DNA of 64,000 bases, from the NCBI RefSeq assembly GCF_963921235.1, contig NC_086108.1, positions 100,256,001 to 100,320,000 of the forward strand. Direction: 5' to 3'. This document shows, in pieces, positions 13,893 to 26,318 of the stretch (the first letter of the stretch is position 1; every line of letters starts with the position of its first letter). Position numbers and translations under genes: made by a program. A model generated the notes under the pieces. That model was not told the DNA's origin. It worked only from the letters and a program-made list of their open reading frames with translations, and did not search any database. Origin of the DNA: Mobula hypostoma. Lineage: Eukaryota.

Positions 13893-13901
13893 TCAGCAAA
13901 C
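13893..13901 (-). CDS. LMO4: LMO4 last coding exon (V-C-stop)
   Basis: CCCTTTCTTTCCTTTCCAG|GTT TGC TGA completes the LMO4 C-terminus DQKVC*. Total CDS 239+97+156+9 = 501 nt. Confidence 0.9.
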   Translation of the reverse strand, partial: VC

Positions 13902-14612
13902 CTGGAAAGGAAAGAAAGGGGGTGAGGGGGGTGGTTCAAGTCATGAAGAGCTGCTGGTGTGCATCACCCCACCTCTCACCATCTCCGGCCACATGAACAG
14001 AAGAGAGTCGGCCCCCCCCCCCATTTAATAAGATCACAGCTAATGCATAGAATGGCGTGGCACAGAAACTAGCCCTTCGGTCCACGATGCTTCTGCCCAG
14101 CATGGTGCCAAATTAATTTGATCCCTTCTACCTGCACATTTCAAAGAACATTTATTCTCAAAGATAGCATCTATCACCCTGTACTACCCTGAGATTCAGT
14201 TCCTTGCAGGCATCCACAGAAGGACAAAGAAAAAGATTCTAAGCACATTTATTATCAAAAGTATATATGCAGTATACAACCCTGAGATTCATCTTCCCCC
14301 AGACAGCCACGAAACAAAGAAGCACGATGGAACCCGTTCAAAAAACATCAAACACCCAATGCACCAAAAAGGAGCAAATCACACAAATGGCAAAAAAAAT
14401 GAAAATCACAGAGTATAAACCATCAAACTACAAGTCACTGAAACAGTCTAGGACCGTTCGGTTTAGTTCAATTTAGTGCTGTGTCGTTCATTGAATTAAT
14501 AAAATATCTACACACAAAGACTAACAAACTATGTGCAAAAGAAGATAAGCTATAGAAATAAAAATAAATTAATTAAAAGCTAGTTAGATAGGTTGATCAT
14601 TAGGTCGGTAGC

Positions 14613-14950
14613 TACAGTACAGTGCAAAAGTCTTAGGCACCCTAGATTTTTTACATGGTTTCAGATGTTATGGCCTCCACAAGGCTGTCTGGGATTACCT
14701 GGAGAGACAGGAGCAAGTGAGACAGCCAAAGTATGCAGAAGAACTGTGACAAGTTCTCCAAGATGCTTGGAACAATGACCAGCCAATTTTCCTATAAAAC
14801 TGCACAAAAGTGTAGGGATGGTCACACTGTCTACTGCTCTTTATAGTAATTTTTTTGAGATTTAGAAACATTTTATTTCATTATTTTTGAAAGCATCTTC
14901 ACTTTATAGCCTTTTTTTACACGTGCCTAAGACTTTTGCACAGTACAGTA
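14613..14950 (+). mobile_element. Tc1/mariner deletion derivative
   Basis: TA-flanked TIRs CAGTAC(A/T)GTGCAAAAGTCTTAGGCAC; internal remnant WPPQ/AVWDYLERQEQVRQPKYAEEL*QVLQDAWNN of the Tc1 transposase C-terminus. Confidence 0.85.
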
Positions 14951-15005
14951 GGTAGGCAGCTAGGCTGGTAGGTAGAAAGACAGACAGATATGGATATTTA
15001 AGATA

Positions 15006-15033
15006 TACAGTACTATGCAAAAGTCTTAGGCAC

Positions 15034-15067
<34 letters not shown>

Positions 15068-15567
15068 TGCTCGGGTGCCTAAGACTTTTACATGGTACTG
15101 TATTTGTCAATGTGGAGCCGAGAATGAATTTGTAAATTTGGTGGGAGCTAAGGATGTTAGGAATGGTTAGGGTGGAGCACCGCAGAAGGGGGGTAGGACA
15201 GGTGGCAGAGAAGGAGTGCCAAGGGCAGGGATGGCTCGGGTCCAGACACTCCCAGCCCTGTGACACCAGGCAAGATAATTTGATTCTAAACAATTGGCTT
15301 ATTAATCATTATAGAATGTCTCTCTGGTGCTTCCCACTCCCTCCTCTCTTACTTCCCTTTTCGCAACCGTGATTCCCCCTCCCCACTCTCAATCTACAAC
15401 GGCAACCCATATCAGAATCAGGTTTATCATCACTCACATGTGTCATTAAACTTGTTTTTTTTTGCAGCAGCAGTAGAGTGCAATACATAAAATTACTACA
15501 CTACTATGCAAATATCTTAGGCACCCAAGCCATGTAAATCTGCCTGAGACTTTTGCACAGTACTCTA
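15006..15567. mobile_element. Two mini Tc1-MITEs (15006-15102 and 15497-15567) bracketing a 394-bp spacer
   Basis: Each has an inverted pair of the same TIR as 14613-14950; the first encloses a (TA)n tract. Confidence 0.75.
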
Positions 15568-16962
15568 GTTAGGTTGGTTCGTAGGCAGAGATAGTTAGAT
15601 AGATAGATTAGATAATACTCGGAACATGAGTTTAGAGCATGAACATGGTTTATATTCCTCCATTCCCTGTATTTTCATGTTTCTGTCTAAAAGCTTCTTG
15701 AATTTTTATGCAGCGTTTGCCACCAAAAGTTACAACAGAAATATGTGTTTCCCCTTTCTCTGTGCACCTGCAGCTGATATGTGCTTCAAGCATTTTTCCG
15801 CTTGTGTTTGTTTTTCTTCTACTTTCATCAGAGCCCGTTTGTTTGAGCCAGGGGCAACCAAGATGACCGATTTCACTCAACCAAAAGTGCCACTACTGAG
15901 TGAGCCGCATATCGAAGTAAACATCTCCATTACCTTAATCCCAGCTTTCAAATAGACTTTAGAAGTTGCAGCCAGAACACAACATTCAGGCTCCCGCAAC
16001 GTTTATTCAGGGCAGCTTCTGACTAAATGGATTTAAATTCTGCATTACTTAAATCGTTCCATTTTGAAATCAGCTGATGTACGTCAAATAAAATGGAAAG
16101 CTTCCATCTACCCTCCCCGCTCAACCCAATGTCAGATAAAGGTGCCGACCAAAGAATAACTGCAAAATGGAGACCTTGATTTGATTTCCCGAGTAAACAG
16201 AGGGGGCCCCGAAACAGACTAGATTTAAAACATTGCCCTATCAATGAATTCACAGACTGCAACCACTTACAATGGAAAGGAGATAAAAGGCACAAATATT
16301 GCAAGCATTCTCTGAGAGGTTTGCCTCCACAATACTGTAATGGTTAACCAAATACATTCGAAAACAACACTGCCATAGTCATTGGAAGGGTAATTGCCTT
16401 CCGGCAAATATCCAAAGGGTTAACTAAATACAAAATTAATTTAAAAAGAGACAAGTCCTGCCTTGAGTTCTCATGGGTTAAAAACTTTTAACAGTTTAGT
16501 GCATTTTTCTTTTTTACCCTTTCATCAAGCCACTAAAAGCCCGAGGTGCATTAGTAATTTGCAACCCCCCACTCGCAGGCTAATTAAACTAGCTGAGGCA
16601 TTGAGCTTTAATTCCCCTGAGTTTGACCACAGTGTGAGAAAGGTAATTTGTCTGTCTTGAACAAAGAGATTAGGGAGCAGCCTAGCGCCTATTTAATAAA
16701 TGAACATCAAATGTCGGCCACTATCGACAGAGACAACACCAATTATGCCATTTTAATGGAAATGTTTTGCATTTTTCTTTAAACGTAAACTTGTCAGGCA
16801 CATTTTTTGTCCTTGGCAATAGTCTGTCCATTTGAAAAAAAAATGGCCTGTCATTAACAAAAAAGTGCAGCTTGTAGGACTTCAAACAGTTTTAACATTA
16901 ACAAGAGTATCTTTTCTTTTAAGTTAAACACTCCCATAGCATAAAAGGTTAAAATTGAGGGT

Positions 16963-17057
16963 AACGCACACAAAATGCTGGAGGAACTCAGCAGGTCCGA
17001 CAGCATCCATGGAGAAAAATAAACAGTCGACGTTTGGAGCCGAGACCGTTCATCAGG
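16963..17057 (-). mobile_element. Single-arm Penelope-like repeat with a 12-bp TSD and mutated hammerhead core
   Basis: AAAATTGAGGGT at 16951-16962 and 17058-17069; minus strand CTGATGA...CAAACGTCGACTG. Confidence 0.75.
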
Positions 17058-20000
17058 AAAATTGAGGGTGTTGGGAAAACAAGTTCAACTGCAGGCTGCA
17101 TTTGCCACAGAGCTGTTGATGCTTTGCTACTTAAAGAAAAATCCCATCTGTTTAACACTTGTTAAAATTCCACTCAATTAACCTTCCCAGCACTGTGGTG
17201 AAATGTACTGACCACTTTCATTATGTATGCATACTTCTACTGCCTGCACTGGATCATAGAAAACAGCAGGCCATTCTGCCCTTTGTGTCTATTCTGCCAT
17301 TCAATAAAGTCAGCCTCGATCACTCAATACCCACATACCTTGATTCACTCAATACCCAATGTCTCATCAGCTGCAGCAGATACTGAGAGATCTGAAGACA
17401 GAAGGCAGGAGCGCAGAAAGATCCTAACACCTCAGTCTTCACCAAGACCACATCTACCTTGAACCAGAATCCTCAGTCAGGGACCAATTTTGCACGTAGT
17501 CTCATTCTCCTTCCAATTGCCACACAGCGCATACTTCTGTAGAGTATACGGAGTGAAAAAACACTTTCCTGAGACTGAAATGTATAAACACCTCCAACTG
17601 AAGCTCATTAGCAGAGAGAAGAGAGCACATCACATGCTTTTAATTCCGTACCGAGCACAGAACAATATTAGAACCAAGCCACACGCCTCTTAGCAATAAG
17701 AATGGGAACATCTGGGAAATTATAATGTAGGGGATTAAGTATACAGGGTTAAACCAATGGCTACCAAGTCATTGGAACTACAATGACACAGGTTACATCC
17801 ACTTTCTGTCAGCATTTAATTGGGTTCAACCTTCAAACTTGGCCCCCATTTGGAGGAAATTAGATTTGGGCAATGTACACACATCTGCCCTTGACACTTT
17901 AGTGAGGGTGAAATGAAACAGAAGGGCCATTTGTACTTACATCCTTAGCCTCTAATGCTTTGTTTAAAAAGAGGTTTGGAGGGGTCGGTGGAAGTCCATG
18001 AAGGAGTTTTATATCCCTGCTTCCCTATCTCGCATATACTCCTGACCAAACTGTGTTCTTTACCTACCTGGAGTGATGGCTGGACCAAGATCATAGCTTA
18101 AGATTGCACTACAGGCTGTGGATGTCATAGTCTTAACGGACAAGAGGAAACTTTAGCAGATAATGTGGCACCTGAACCAGTGTGTGAAAAGAATACGAAG
18201 GGCTTGAATTATTGCAGAATATAAAATTATTCAATACCAATACAGATTGAATTGAGAATCAGGCAATAACAAAGGCTAGGTCATGGAGTGCTACTTTGTT
18301 ATTAATTAGTAAGGGTGTCAAAAATTATGAGGAGGAGGCAGGAGAATGAGGTTGAGAAGGATAATAAATTCAGAGATGATAGAATGGTGGAGCAGACTTG
18401 ATGGGCTGAATGGCCTAATTCTGCTCCTTGTCTTATGGTTATAACCTTACACTTAACTATCTACTTGCACCACACTTTCTCTCTATGACACCTTATTCTG
18501 CATTCTGTTATTTTTTAACCTTGCACTACCTCCACACACTGTCGTATTCAATTAATCCCCATGAACCATATACGTCAAGTTTTTCACTGTACTGTGATTA
18601 CAAGTGACAATAATAAAGAAATTTACCTATTAGTATTAGGTTCACTGGGTGTAGGAACCGTATGGCAAGCTGATACGAAAGGGCGATAACGAGGACAAGG
18701 CAGGGCATGAAACAAAGAAATAATTGTGATACTCTGGTATGTAAAGTAGCATTAATGTTGCATAATGACTATTAATCCTGTGTAAAGGAAGTTCCCTTCC
18801 TTTAATCAAAGACAGACAATGTGCAACAAATGAATATTTTGCAATAGTTAATGAGGAATAATGGCTCCTCATGAATCTGAAAGATATTCAGATCAGAAAA
18901 GAATGTAAAATCAATAAAGGGCAAGATAACACAGCACTTTTTGTTACACTGAGTCTGTAATGTGCTCTTCTAGCTGTGTAAGCTTATGTTGGAGTCAACA
19001 CAAGAAACTTTAAGAGAGGTAGGAACCATTAGCTACCTATCTCCCTGCCTTGCTGCAGGACCAGATAAAGCTGCAGAAGGTTGCAAACCGAGGAAGCTCC
19101 GTCATGGGCACTAGCCTCCTCACCATCGAGGATATCTGTAAAAGGACATGCCTCAAAAAGGTGGCATCCATCACTAAGGACCCAGCCACCCAGGATATGC
19201 CCTCATCTCATTGCTACTATTAGGGAGAAGGTACAGATCCTTCCCCTCTGCCATCAGATTTCTGAACGGACAATGAACACTACCTCACTATTCTTTGCTC
19301 TTTTTTTCACTTCTTACCTAATTTAAATATATGTATATACTGTAATTATAGTTTTATGTATTGCAATGTACTTCTGCCACAAACCAGTTTTACATTTGCC
19401 AATGATACTAACCAATTTTCTGATTCGAGCACCAACCCCTCTGCTTGCTCAGCTGAAAAATTCTTCAGCACATTATGCTTCCAATTGGACTGCTGAAGCA
19501 TTGATGTGTGTCTTCAGGCTGCTGTACCTCTTCCCTGATAGTAGCAATGAGATGAGGGCATGTCTTCCTACCTAAGATCAGTGGACATCTATTCATGGTA
19601 TCTCTGTATTGCTTTGAAAGCACATTGGAACAGTAGGTAAACTGGGATATTTGGCGATAGAGCATGCATGGACCAAACTTGTGTTGAATGTTTAAAAGCA
19701 CATACACCAAACTATGTCAGGTTCAAACACATTCAACCCACCAGCAAGTGGTGGCTAAAAGTGATACAGGTTTGATTGGGAAAGCCAAGATGAACATTTA
19801 TTTATTACTTTGAAAGAACATAAAATGTTCGGAAACAATAATAACCTAAGACAAATTGTTTCACCAAAATCCTGAAGACACACACTGAAGGTTTCAAGAA
19901 CAACTTCTTCCCTTCCATCACCAGATTTATAAATGGACAATGAACTCAAGTACATGATTCACTATTCCTTTTTCTTTTCTTTGATCACTTTTTAAACCAC

Positions 20001-20460
20001 TTATTTGATTTAATTATATATATATATCTTATTGTAATTTCTAGTTTTTTTATTATTATGTATTGCAATTTTTTACTGTCACAAAACAACAAATTTCATG
20101 ACAAATGCCAGTGATATTAAACCTGATTCTGATTGTAATACAGCAAGAAAAAAGGAAATAAAATTGATACACAGTGTTGTTACTGTATCCTAGAGAACTA
20201 TGCCAATGTTACTGAAAAGGCAGATCACACAACAAAACATGGATATCACTATGCCTTTTCAACAGCCTCAGTGTACAACCAAAACAGCAATCTTAATTCT
20301 ATTCAGCACCAAGTTTGTTTCTGTTATTTGCCATCACCATAGCGCTCATTTCAATGTATTTCATGGCATGCCCAAGTTGCGCTCACAATAAATGCAAATG
20401 AAATTCAAAGCGGTGTAACAGAAGAGTACAGAATCGAAAGATGGGCCAGAAGCTGCTTAC

Positions 20461-20616
20461 CTTCTGGTCAGATAGTAGAGGATTGCTCTGAAGCGGATTC
20501 AAGTGTCCATTGATAAGGGACGTGGGTCTGTCATGTTCACAGAATAAACTGCCGTTGATATAATGAAACCTGTCTCCGGGGACAAGACGATTTCGGCAGG
20601 TGGCACAGGTAAAGCA
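20461..20616 (-). CDS. LMO4: LMO4 third coding exon (second half of LIM2 and C-tail), 156 nt
   Basis: TCTCCAG|TGC TTT... = CFTCATCRNRLVPGDRFHYINGSLFCEHDRPTSLINGHLNPLQSNPLLSDQK; donor AAG|GTAAGC. Confidence 0.96.
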
Positions 20617-21085
20617 CTGGAGACAGGAAAGTGACACCATTTTCAATGTCATTAGAGAGTCCAGAACCAGAGGTCATAAATATCAGTGACATGACTCATA
20701 AATTCAGGAGAACACTCTTTAGCCAATGAAAAGCTGGAATCTGAAATTTGTCAAGTAAAATAGCAAGGGTAATATAAATGCAATTAAATAAAACTAAAAT
20801 TGAAGGAAAGTAATGCTGATTATTCCAGTAAAGTGAGGTGGGGTAGCATTAGGGTTAACTTATAGAAAATGGACATACGAATAAATCAGCTTAGTCAGAT
20901 CATGTCTTCCCAGCAGTAATTAGAGCATTGCTGAATTCAATCTTAGCTACTCCTACCAACATACCATAGAACTGTTCAAAGCTCACCAAGGAAGCAGAGA
21001 TTACAACAGCAGTACTGTGCACTGACAGGGAGATTTGCCTTGCTAATTAGCTATGAAATGCCTTAACACCGACGGATACTATTAC

Positions 21086-21182
21086 CTTGAGATGATAGAC
21101 GTTGCCTTGTGCCCTCATGACCAGCTCACTGGCTGGGATCGATTGTCCGCACGCACTGCACGCTCCGCTATTCCCGAACAAT
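21086..21182 (-). CDS. LMO4: LMO4 second coding exon (linker and first half of LIM2), 97 nt
   Basis: TTTTTAG|A TTG TTC GGG... = LFGNSGACSACGQSIPASELVMRAQGNVYHLK; donor AAG|GTAAT; phase matches the previous exon. Confidence 0.96.
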
Positions 21183-22049
21183 CTAAAAAGGCAGAGGAGT
21201 TGCAGGAGTTACACTTTACACTTGGACTGTAACAATCAAAAGAAAGGGGTTCACTGAGAAAAGGAAAGAAATACTCCCACCGCTCCTTGTGTTTTGCATA
21301 GATTATCACTGGTGTATTTGAAAGAATGATAGGTTTTACAAAAAAAAGCTTTATTACCCTTACCCAGCCCTCACCCCCCCACCCTCCAAGTTCAGCTTCA
21401 AACATCTAGAACACTTGCAATCAAGTTAACTCGATAACAACGCTTGAACCAACTTAATGAGAGCATGATCACAAGGGAGAGAGCTTCTACAGACCAGGTT
21501 CAAGGTGTTTGAAATTGATAGGGTGCTGGTTTAGAGTAGGTGATGAATGTCACTGCGAAAACTACAGGGGGAGGAAGAACCTGTTTCAGAAGGACGCCTG
21601 CAGATTTAAAATAACCATCTATCTGGGAGAACATACAGGCAAATAATCATAAACACAAGAGGTACTACCGATGCTGGAAACCTAGAGCAATACACACCAA
21701 GAACTGGAGGAACTCAGCAGGTCAGGCAGCATAAACCTACGGAAACAAATTGTCAACCTTTCTGCAAGGCCTTTAGGTGAAAGGTGGGCTGTTCATTCCC
21801 ATCCATTGACGGATCTGCTGAGCTCCTCAGTACACAGTGTGTAATAAAGACAGATAAGTTATTTTTGACTCCAACTACAGCCTTGGCCACTCTAAAAACA
21901 AAGGTTTGGATAAAAACAGGCTGGGCTGAATTAGTTTCTATTGGATATCATCCTAGCCAAGACCAGGAGATTGTGCCCTGATAGAGCAACCTCCCAAATC
22001 ACAGCGAGTATAATCATCGTTTCCTCTCCCCACCCCCACCCCACACCCG

Positions 22050-24800
22050 CTTAGTGAGAGGTGTGCTGGCGCTATCAATTGGCGGCTAACTAACTCCCTT
22101 AGGCTTCATACCAGCAGTCTCTCTTCCTTCGCCGCCTCACTATAAAAAATATTTGTTCATCTGATCCCATCCCCAATGCGGATGACTTCCCCGCCAGTTG
22201 CCAGCACCTGAATTTGGCCAGCAGGGTAGAGAATGCGCCCGCCTTTCGTCGCCACCCTTCCCCCCTCCCCCGCGATACTGTAGAGCGGTGAGCTGCAGGG
22301 AAAGCATCGGGGAGGGGAGTCGGGCGGGGAACGGAGAGGCCCAAGCATGAAAATACTATTACTCCAGTTACGACGGCCACCACCAACACTCCCCCGACTT
22401 CGCGCCAGATGTATGCCTGTGAATGCGCCATTCATAGCTGTCAGGAGCCGAGCGTGCAGGAGACGCCTCGTCCTGTCGAACGTATTACTTCGCTGTCGCC
22501 ACGTTATTGAAAATAGCCTCTTAAGTTGTTATTAAAAGTATCGACGGGTGACACATTGCAGTAAAGCTGCCCGCTTAAGATAGCTTTTAATAAGGAGACC
22601 GAGAAACAAATTTTACACCGGCATCGATTGCCAGAGTTCAATCAAAACTCCATCTCAAAACTAATTAGTTTAGATACACGACATATCGACACGTTTGCTG
22701 CTGAATTACAATGGCCTCTGCGCGAAGGAGGCCTAGGCGCCACGCACTAACTCCTTGGGAGTATGCGGCTCTGGGCAGTCTAAAAGGGGTTCTCGGCACG
22801 GCGGGGGTAATAAATCACAATCAGAGGGTACAGTTTGCGAACGTGACCTCCGCCCACTCACTGGCATCGACCCGTATGAATAGTGTAACAGTTGTACAGC
22901 AGCGCTACAAGACGTTGCAAAGTCTTCTAGTTCTTTGCCGTTCTCTGCCGAAGCTTCCGTCACCGCGGTTAAACATGGAACACCTTTAATCTTTTCTTTT
23001 AATCTTCTCTAATGATCGTTGCAATACCTCTCCTCCGCATCCCAACGAGAGAAACTGAAAATGGTTGTCACAAGCCAGAGTGCACTGAGAACATACTGCA
23101 GGATAAGCTGTTCGGAATCAGGCCTATTTTGTTTCACGTGTAATATCTAGATATAATCGTAAATATCAAATATTTGGTCCAAACTTCCTCCCTCGGATTA
23201 AGGCGGCGGGGGGGGGGGGCCAAGAGGTTGCTTTGAGGCAATAGGAAGTAACGGTGCGCAGGCTGACAGATGGGAAGCGGGTTCGCGCTGAAGACAATTC
23301 AGGGTCAAATGTGTAACATTATACGAAAACTTTACACTCCGGGCGCTGCGTGACTCGAATGTAAATAGACAGAAAGAGGAGATTCCTCAAGTTCATTTGG
23401 CGCTCTTTGATGGAACTTCAAGGACCTGCGGTGCTCAATTAAGTGTCTATCTGTCCGACTTGGGACCTGGTGAAACGGCTTCTACTTACATCTGGTAGCG
23501 AGGGGAAACACTACCCCCAGCGCCGACTAATTAATACAGGGGGGAGTTTAATCTTCCCTTCAGACTGTGACGACAGAAAATTGGTTTCAATTTTCTTCTG
23601 GGGCTCCGAGTCGAAGAGGTCGTTAATATTTCAACAATCCAGCAAGCCGATCAATCACAGTATCAAACCGGAGCCCCAAATGAGATGGAACTCTTCAAGC
23701 GTTTTAATAGAGGCGGAATATATTGATACATAAAATGGTGCTTTTGCATAATTGCGAAAAAATAGCGCATTGGAGGAAAGGCTGGGGGCGGAAAGGACGG
23801 GAAGACAGCTGGAAGGAAAATACAGGTAATGCAAATATAGGCGCGGGAGAGGGAGATAGAAAATGGTAAAATACATATAAAGCAGAGTAGATGGTCTTTT
23901 CCCAAGCGAATTGGGGACTTTGAATCAATTGTGATGACAAATCAAGATAAACGTCCCCCTAAATTACATGCGATGCGATTTAATTAATTTGAAATACTGG
24001 GGGCTTTTCCAAACTACCACCCCGCCCCCCGCAACTCCTGCAATCAGGTTTATGGAGTGGACAGACTTCAGAAGTGTTGAGTAACCAAATCTTACATTTA
24101 CCTTGCAGTCCTGAATGGGAAGGGACGGAGAGGAGAGAGAGAGAAATACCACCTATTGAATTTCCGTGTCTAGGATTTACAGCAGAGAGGACGGGCGACA
24201 GGCGAGCTGGTAATAGTCTTACTTTCAAAAGCTAATTTTCTTAATTAAATATTTTTGTTTGTTGATGGCGGCTGTCTTCATATTAGACATGCCAGTCACC
24301 TTCTGCTGTCCACCTTACAAACCGAGTCCCTTCACGCGTCCTTAGGTATTTAAAACTGAAAAACGATGGTGCTTTTGTATGTATAGGGGGTGGGGAGCTT
24401 GCACTATTTAACCATTTTACAAATCATGCATATTTACATGAATTTGGTTTATCTCGGGATATCTAAAGCCCGAGGGGTCGAGCGGGCTTCTCCTCTCGCA
24501 CGAAGGCGCTTCCTTTTTTTAAAAAAATAATGTACCTCAAACCCCCTTTTCCTCCCAGGCAACACCCATCAAGAAGTACTGAGTTATCCGAAGCGCCACC
24601 GCAGATGAGCCACTTATCTTCACTGGGAAAACAAGCATTTAATGCAACTTTAAATGGTTACCTATCATAGAACTGCTGCACCCCCCCCCCCCCAACGCAC
24701 ACACACACCGGCGTTGGGCCTCTTGATGAGGTGTCTGACAAGCTTGCTGCTACTAAATTTCACAGCGGCAAAGTTTAATGCAAACTCCCCTGGGTTTTCG
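22050..24800. promoter_or_regulatory. Intronic CpG-rich domain
   Basis: Dense CpG, G-runs and no recognisable repeats across about 2.7 kb of the LIM1-LIM2 intron. Confidence 0.5.
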
Positions 24801-26079
24801 CACGTCTTTAATTCAGGTCACTGAAACTAAACTTGTCCACTTAAATCCTAAACCACACAATCTTCCTAACCCCGCCATCAAATCACGACACCTTCAGGGA
24901 TTAAGCGTTTAATTTCTGAAAGTTTTGGCATGTGACCTGTCCTCTTCCATTTAGGTGATTGGAAGGAGTATCACGTGGTAGGAAGGTTTCCGAATTCAAA
25001 CCCAAACTCTCTCATCGCGTCCTTTTCTCCTTTTAATAAGACTCTTTTCCCCCCATGGCCCCCGGCGAAGATTCAGTGAAAGCCAATGTTGTCTAGAACC
25101 CTTTATAAACAGTTGCACGGGAGTTTTTAAAAAGCATTATGAAATTCTTAATCTTCTTTAAATTTACCTTCCAGCACACCAGAAATAAATAAAAAAGACA
25201 TTATGATATTGCGAATATCAAGCACTCATGTACGTGACAATAAACGTCAGTTTTTTTTAAAACTCCGCTCCTAAAATAGTTTCATTCCCTAAAACTATAA
25301 GGGATGCAGACCCAGCTGACAATTTTAAAAGCCAGCTATTTACTTAACCTTGCTTCTAACATCATTCTGTCTTTTATTATCATGTTTGCATTTTATCCCA
25401 TTGTAAAGCACTTGGAACTGCATCATTTGTATGAAAAGTGCTCTATAAATAAGTTATTATTAAACAGAAGCCGAATCGGGCATAGAGATTACAGTTCGGT
25501 TCTCAATACCACAACCCTCTTAGTAAAAAGAATTCTACTCTATTGTAAAGATAACAAGCAGAATTCAATATTTTTTAAGATCGAAAGCAAGAGCAGAATT
25601 CAAGTGAGACATTTTAGGCCCCGGCAGTGTTTACCTTTCTGAATCAATTACTATTCCAGCGATTGGAGGGTGGAGAGCATGAAAGATTGATTGACCTATT
25701 TTTAATAAGATTCCACTTAATAAGATGGAATGATTTTTACACTGCAACTCTCCTTTAGTGGTAGCTAGGAATCTGAAAAGCAGACTCTCCTTAGAAAATT
25801 CCCCACCAATCTCCCGTTCCGGCGTTTTAAAAGGGGAGAGTCTTGACTGGCTTTCAAACACAGCTGAGAGTTGACTTGTTAGATAAGAAAGCGGGGAAAG
25901 GTGGGAGCTTGAGGAAAGGAGAGGTTTTCAGGAGAGGGGGTTGTAGTACGAGGGAGGCCTGGGTCTAAAAAGCAAGTGTCCAAATATAAGCCTGAAATTG
26001 CTCCACCGTCCCCTTAGAAAACAAGCCCGGCCCCGTAGAGTATAAAGTTGGAGGAACCGGAGAAACGGGGAGTGTTTAC

Positions 26080-26318
26080 CTGATGTAGTCGTTCCTACAC
26101 AGTATCATTCCACTCTTCGTATAGCAAGAAGTGCCGATCTCTCCGAGCTGAGCGTGGCAGCAGGAACACTTGAGACAGCGGCTGTGCCAGTAACTATCCA
26201 TTGTGTACAGGAGGAACCGGTCGGCGATTTTGCCCCCGCAGCCGGCGCACGTTTTCCAAGCGAGGCCCGCGCGGTTCACGCCGGCTGTGGGCGTCTGTGA
26301 GTTCCCGTTGTTCACCAT
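26080..26318 (-). CDS. LMO4: LMO4 first coding exon (N-terminus and LIM1); the whole exon is probably 26080-26360 including 42 nt of 5'UTR
   Basis: Translates MVNNGNSQ...WKTCAGCGGKIADRFLLYTMDSYWHSRCLKCSCCHAQLGEIGTSCYTKSGMILCRNDYI(R), an LMO4-type LIM1. ATG at 26318, donor AG|GTAAAC after 26080 (phase 2), pyrimidine tract + TGTAG acceptor before 26360. Confidence 0.96.

Noticed and set aside
20383..20460. ORF read-through past the third coding exon (VSSFWPIFRF...)
   Set aside because: A strong AAG|GTAAGC donor and a proper V-C-stop terminal exon explain it as intron; nothing supports retention.
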